DNA of 30,020 nt, taken from positions 1 through 30,020 of the forward strand of contig BTVY01000058.1 of assembly GCA_045863335.1 (NCBI GenBank). Reading direction: 5' to 3'. This DNA comes from Candidatus Hydrogenedentota bacterium (GTDB lineage Bacteria > Hydrogenedentota > Hydrogenedentia > Hydrogenedentales > SLHB01). A program made the position numbers and the translations under genes. Numbering within the stretch: position 1 is the first letter of the stretch; each line of letters begins with the position of its first letter. Shown here piece after piece: positions 25,634 to 30,020 of this stretch. Under the pieces are notes generated by a model. It did no database searches and was not told where the DNA came from. It saw nothing but the letters and a program-made list of their open reading frames with translations.

Positions 25634-27310
25634 TTAAACACCGTTTCCGGCTGCCGGGTTCCCACTCTCCGGACGCTCATTCGCGGTTTGCACAGACCCC
25701 CCTTCCGCAGGCACGGTCCCGCCGATGGCCCGGTTGATCTCGATGCGCAGCGAAACCAACGCGCGCCGCTCGGTCAAAAGTTCCCGCTGCACGTCCTGCA
25801 ATTCCTGAATGGCCGTTAGTACCGGAAGGTAGTCCGTCACGCCAAGACCGTACCGGACCCGCGTTTCGTTCAGCGTCTGTAGCAGAATCGCTTCCCGCGC
25901 CGCCAGCGCTTCAATCAGGTCGCGCTGCCGCGCTTCGCGCCAAAGCGCGGACTCTACTTCTTCAATCGCAAGCAGGTACCCGTACGTATACTCCAGCAGA
26001 GCCTCGCGAAAACCGGAACGCGCCTCGTCCACGGCCGCCTTGCGAAGGCCCCAGTCCAGCAACGGTTGGAAAAGTCCCGCCGCGCCGGTCGCCGTCAAGG
26101 TCGAAGCGAGCGATGTGTCGCCGTACTCCAGCGCCCCCGTTAACGTCAGTCGCGGCAAACGCTCCGCGATCGCGGACGCGATCCGGTAATCCGCCGCAAC
26201 GACCCTTCGCCGCAACGCGCGAAGGTCTGGACGATTCTGCAGCAGCGTCACCGGCACGCCGACGGACGGCAGGGCGGTCTCACGCGGGAGAATGGGCTCC
26301 GCCTCCGGTGTCCGGTCAGCGCCATCCGGCGCGACACCGAGTAACACGTCCAACCGGTTTTCGAAGATCCGCAATTCGGAATGAACGATTGGAACTTCCG
26401 CGTCAATCTCCGCAAGTTGGCCCTTCTGCTGAAGCACGTCCACCACTGACGCAGAACCTTGGAGGAACCGAAGTTCAATCAGCTCCAGGAGCGTTTCGGC
26501 CGATTCGCGCTGTTCGAGCAGCAACTCGTACTGCAGCCGCTGTTCGACCGCGAGATAATAAGCCTCGGCAACCTGACTCGTCAGGATGAGACGAAGCGCC
26601 TCGTAGTCCTCGATCGCCGCCGCATACTCTTCCGCCTGGGCCCGCGCGGCGGACCGCAACCGTCCCCACACGTCGGCTTCCCAACTCAACGACAAGCCCG
26701 ACGTAAACTCCGTTTCGTAATCCTCGACCCATCCTTTCGGCGGCCCCGTCGATTCCTGCCGCCGCAAGTCCGGAAGATTTTCCCGGCCGCCGCCACCCTC
26801 GCCGTTTCCATTTCCGCCGCCGCCCCCGCCGCCTGCCAACGACGAGATCGCATCGCGATACGCTTCGACGGAGGACAGGAATTCGTTGAAGGATTCCACC
26901 GCATCGTCGACCTTCTCCGCCGTCCCGATGCCGTCGTCTTTCAACCGCGACCGTTCCCACGTGCGCGCCACGTCGGCGGTCGCATCCACCTGTGGCTTGC
27001 GGACGGCCTTGGCCTGGCGCAACAGCGCTTCCGCGCGATCGATCCGCTCCAGCGCCTGGGCCACCGTGACGTTCTGCGCGAGCGCGGTATCGATAAGTTG
27101 ATTCAACGTCGGATCGGAGAACGCCAGCCACCACGCTTCGAGCGGTTCTTCGGGGGCAGGTGGTTCCACACTGTAGGTTTCCGGCGCTTCCACAAGGGGG
27201 ACGGGCGCCGGGTCCACCTGATGCCGCGCGCATGACGTCACGGCGAGCAAGGCAATACAACCCACGGCGCACGCAAAGCGGGGGATTGATCTGAGATTCC
27301 AGCAACGCAA
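25634..27310 (-). CDS. Outer membrane efflux lipoprotein (OMF, TolC/NodT family) with a large Gly-rich loop insertion
   Basis: Lipobox-like VTSC; WWLAFSDPTLNQLIDTAL, SWEADVWGR, LLQNRPDL, DYLPVL, RAIGG; TTG start uncertain. Confidence 0.92.
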   Translation of the reverse strand: MRCWNLRSIPRFACAVGCIALLAVTSCARHQVDPAPVPLVEAPETYSVEPPAPEEPLEAWWLAFSDPTLNQLIDTALAQNVTVAQALERIDRAEALLRQAKAVRKPQVDATADVARTWERSRLKDDGIGTAEKVDDAVESFNEFLSSVEAYRDAISSLAGGGGGGGNGNGEGGGGRENLPDLRRQESTGPPKGWVEDYETEFTSGLSLSWEADVWGRLRSAARAQAEEYAAAIEDYEALRLILTSQVAEAYYLAVEQRLQYELLLEQRESAETLLELIELRFLQGSASVVDVLQQKGQLAEIDAEVPIVHSELRIFENRLDVLLGVAPDGADRTPEAEPILPRETALPSVGVPVTLLQNRPDLRALRRRVVAADYRIASAIAERLPRLTLTGALEYGDTSLASTLTATGAAGLFQPLLDWGLRKAAVDEARSGFREALLEYTYGYLLAIEEVESALWREARQRDLIEALAAREAILLQTLNETRVRYGLGVTDYLPVLTAIQELQDVQRELLTERRALVSLRIEINRAIGGTVPAEGGSVQTANERPESGNPAAGNGV

Positions 27311-27437
27311 GGCGAGACCTTTTCGACTTCGGGCCGATCGTAACCAATGACAGACCCCCGGGCGGGAGTCGTGCCAAGGGAATAGCCTACGGAAAACGCC
27401 CGCCGAATTCTAGCCCGCCATCCCCAGAATCTCCCCG

Positions 27438-29813
27438 TCACTGGGCGAGATTGGACTGCTCCGCCAGCTTCCACGTCGCGCCCCGATCCGGCGTGAACAT
27501 CAACGCCCGCCGGTCGCCGCGGTGATCGTTGCGGTAGAACCAGAACGTCGACCAATAGTCATACGACAGAAACGGACTGCCCTTTCGGTCGATCGTGAGA
27601 CGGTGATAAAACACGCTGTATTCAGAAAACGCCGCGATGATGAGCGGTTCCGGCGCGGACCACGGCTTGCCCTTCTCTTTCCGCATGTACGACAATGTGG
27701 CGTAACTGCTCGCGGGGAAGTACGTCGTATCCGTGCGCCACAAGCGAAACACCGCGTGTAACGTGTCTTCCTTGTCGCATACCAATCCGATGTAGGTCTG
27801 CCGCAAATCTTCGCCCAGGTCTTCCGCCTCGGTGAACCCGCCGCTCGCGTCGTTCGGCACAAGGGAACGCGCATACCGGAAGGTCCGGCCATGCGTGCCG
27901 ACCAGCACGTGCAGATACCCTTCGCTGTCCATCGTGATGGACGGTGTGTTGTGCACGTCGTTCGCCGGTGGGCCGTAGCCCACGAGCACCGGGTCGGACA
28001 AAGCCTGCGCCACCCGGTCGTACGTCGCCACGAAGGTCGGCACGCCCGGCACGTCCTTCTCCGGCTCCGTCGCCTCGGCCCATACCACGTGCACCTTGTC
28101 GTCGCGCGATACGATGGTCGACGGAATTCCCGAATGCGCGGAAAGCCCAATGCAAAGTCGCGACACTCGAATCGGGTCGCCAACAACAATCGTCCCGTCT
28201 TCGGACTTCGACGGAACAAACAGATCCAGGTCGTTCACGCGCCGCCAGAACACGTTCGGGTCGCGCTCGGTTAAGGTCACCCGAACAAATGGGGGAGGCC
28301 CCGCGGGTTGGTTGTGACCGGAGAACTGTTCGATATCGAAGCCGCCGCTTCCCGGTATGGCATAGGCAGCGAAACGTTTGCCGCCGTCATCCGAGTGGAG
28401 GTACGTGGACCGGCCGCCCTGAGACGCGATCAGGTAGTACCCGTTCTCCGCGTCAAACGCGACTTTGGAAGTGAGCGGCCGGATCGGCGCGGCTTCTCCC
28501 CCCGCGGTTGTTGCTTGTGTCGTCTCTTTCCACACGCCGTCACGGAGAACGAAGACTCCCGAGTCCGAACTGATTGCCGGCCGGTTCTTCATATCAAAGT
28601 ACGGCTGGTTCGTCAGCGGATACTCCGGAAGATATCCGAACTGCGCATTCTCGTGCGCGTACGGACGTAGCACCAGCGGCATATCGAGCGGCTCCGACGC
28701 AGGCGCCGTCCCCGGGCGAACCTGCACGGTGGAGTAAGTGCTGAACGAGGAATCCTCTGCCGTAGCGCGCAGGTGAAACTCGCCAGGCGCATTCGGCACT
28801 TGGAACTCAACACGAACCCCGCGCGACTCCTTCGGCTCCAATCGCATGTCTTTCTCAGAAACCGATACATCCATCGCCTGTCCGTCCGCCATTTCCACGT
28901 TCAGGGAAACGGATTGTGGCTTCAGTCCGTTGTTGTGAACGGTGAACTCCAACGACCGCGCAATCCCCGATTCTCCATAGACCGTGCGGTGATACGGCGT
29001 CAGCAACCAACGATTTTCCGAAAACGGAAACCACGATTCGGCATTCGGCGACCACAGGGAGAGATTCTCGAAATCGTCGTCCTGCGCCCAGCGCGTGAGC
29101 CCATCGATCTGCACCGTTCCCTGGAACGATGGAAACTGCAGTCGCCATGGAATGCGCTCGCGCGTATCGGATTCCGTAACCGTGTGGCTCGCGGCGCCGT
29201 CCACGACAGGAATTTCCGCAATCACCCCGCCCTCGGAATCGGTCAAGTTCAATACCTCGGTCGCGTCGCCTAGTCCAGTGGCCTCGATCGCGAATTCCCC
29301 CCGCCGCGGTTGGAAACAGATCTCGCCCGATTCCCCCGGCGACGCAAGCACGGTCGGTTCTTCATGCGGCGCATCGCGATGCCCGCGCGACGTTTCGATC
29401 AAGTACTTCGGACAATTCGTCCGAATCCCGCAAACAAACTCCTCGCCGTAGCGATCCTCCGTCACCGTGATGTTCAGCCCATAGACGCCCTTGCGCGTTA
29501 CGTCGGTTGAAAGACGCACCCGTTGCACCGGCCCCGCGCCTTTCTCCACACCATCATCGGGAATGAACTCCTCCGCGATCACCTCGCGTTCCGGACCAAA
29601 CAGAATCGCCCGCAGATGCGTCTCACGCCCCCGCCGGTTCAAATCCTGCTTCTCCACCTCCACCCAAAACTCGCCCGGCTCCACGAGAAAATACGCCCCG
29701 CCCACACCCTGCGTCTGCACCTCGGACCGCCACGCCCCGGCTTCCTCAGCATCTGATACCCACACCGCAACGCACAGGTACAGAGCCGCGAAAACGACAA
29801 ACCGACGCCCCAT
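27438..29813 (-). CDS. Secreted protein with C-terminal BNR_4-like beta-propeller and uncharacterised N-terminal beta-rich domains
   Basis: Likely start MGRRFVVFAALYLC at 29813 after AAGGTGA; HSDDGGKRF, NDVHNTPSITMDSEGYLHVLVGTHG, YSVFYHRL, TPDRGATW. Confidence 0.75.
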   Translation of the reverse strand: MGRRFVVFAALYLCVAVWVSDAEEAGAWRSEVQTQGVGGAYFLVEPGEFWVEVEKQDLNRRGRETHLRAILFGPEREVIAEEFIPDDGVEKGAGPVQRVRLSTDVTRKGVYGLNITVTEDRYGEEFVCGIRTNCPKYLIETSRGHRDAPHEEPTVLASPGESGEICFQPRRGEFAIEATGLGDATEVLNLTDSEGGVIAEIPVVDGAASHTVTESDTRERIPWRLQFPSFQGTVQIDGLTRWAQDDDFENLSLWSPNAESWFPFSENRWLLTPYHRTVYGESGIARSLEFTVHNNGLKPQSVSLNVEMADGQAMDVSVSEKDMRLEPKESRGVRVEFQVPNAPGEFHLRATAEDSSFSTYSTVQVRPGTAPASEPLDMPLVLRPYAHENAQFGYLPEYPLTNQPYFDMKNRPAISSDSGVFVLRDGVWKETTQATTAGGEAAPIRPLTSKVAFDAENGYYLIASQGGRSTYLHSDDGGKRFAAYAIPGSGGFDIEQFSGHNQPAGPPPFVRVTLTERDPNVFWRRVNDLDLFVPSKSEDGTIVVGDPIRVSRLCIGLSAHSGIPSTIVSRDDKVHVVWAEATEPEKDVPGVPTFVATYDRVAQALSDPVLVGYGPPANDVHNTPSITMDSEGYLHVLVGTHGRTFRYARSLVPNDASGGFTEAEDLGEDLRQTYIGLVCDKEDTLHAVFRLWRTDTTYFPASSYATLSYMRKEKGKPWSAPEPLIIAAFSEYSVFYHRLTIDRKGSPFLSYDYWSTFWFYRNDHRGDRRALMFTPDRGATWKLAEQSNLAQ

Positions 29814-29897
29814 CGACACACAATCACCTTGGCTACCCATCACCGCATCGCCCTCTCAACAATTCGTGCCCCAGGCCAATCCGCCATCCGCGATATT

Positions 29898-30020
29898 CTG
29901 TTGTCCCTTCCTGCTCTGCTGCCCCTTCCTGCTCTGCTGTCTCTGCGGTCGCTGTTGTCCCTGCTGTCCCTGTAGTCCCTTGCGTCCCTGTAGTCCCTTG
30001 CGTCCCTGTAGTCCCTTGCG
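29898..30020 (+). repeat. 9-bp-period tandem repeat (CTGNNGTCC), truncated at window end
   Basis: About 13.7 units, ending in a perfect 18-bp alternation (CTGTAGTCC CTTGCGTCC)x3. Confidence 0.9.

Noticed and set aside
9498-27235. Long antisense ORFs (9498-10307, 10560-11930, 16201-17778, 19529-20785, 21438-22682, 24872-25633, 26459-27235)
   Set aside because: They overlap confidently assigned genes on the opposite strand and show no recognisable domains.

Overview
A GC-rich bacterial window with 15 supportable protein-coding genes, mostly a cluster of exported carbohydrate-processing and redox enzymes. These are a fused TIM-barrel/LamG/PQQ/cytochrome c protein, a Tat sulfatase, two Gfo/Idh/MocA + xylose-isomerase-like TIM-barrel pairs, a ThuA-domain protein, two BNR beta-propellers, a LamG-GH2 and a GxGYxYP-like protein. 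There is also a tripartite RND efflux operon (OMF-MFP-RND) and a lone AAA_14/DUF4143 ATPase with a palindromic promoter. I see no rRNA, tRNA, CRISPR array, transposase or transcription regulator. Many intergenic gaps carry small palindromic repeats from at least six sequence families. They include a 230-bp MITE-like element with an apparent 8-bp target duplication, a perfect 34-bp inverted pair, and a 35-bp inverted repeat whose right arm is split by a 196-bp insertion. The most interesting candidates are the four-module quinohemoprotein, a possible periplasmic oxidation-elimination glycoside pathway, and the nested non-autonomous elements at 14.8-15.45 kb. All family calls come from motif recognition by eye; no database searches were run.
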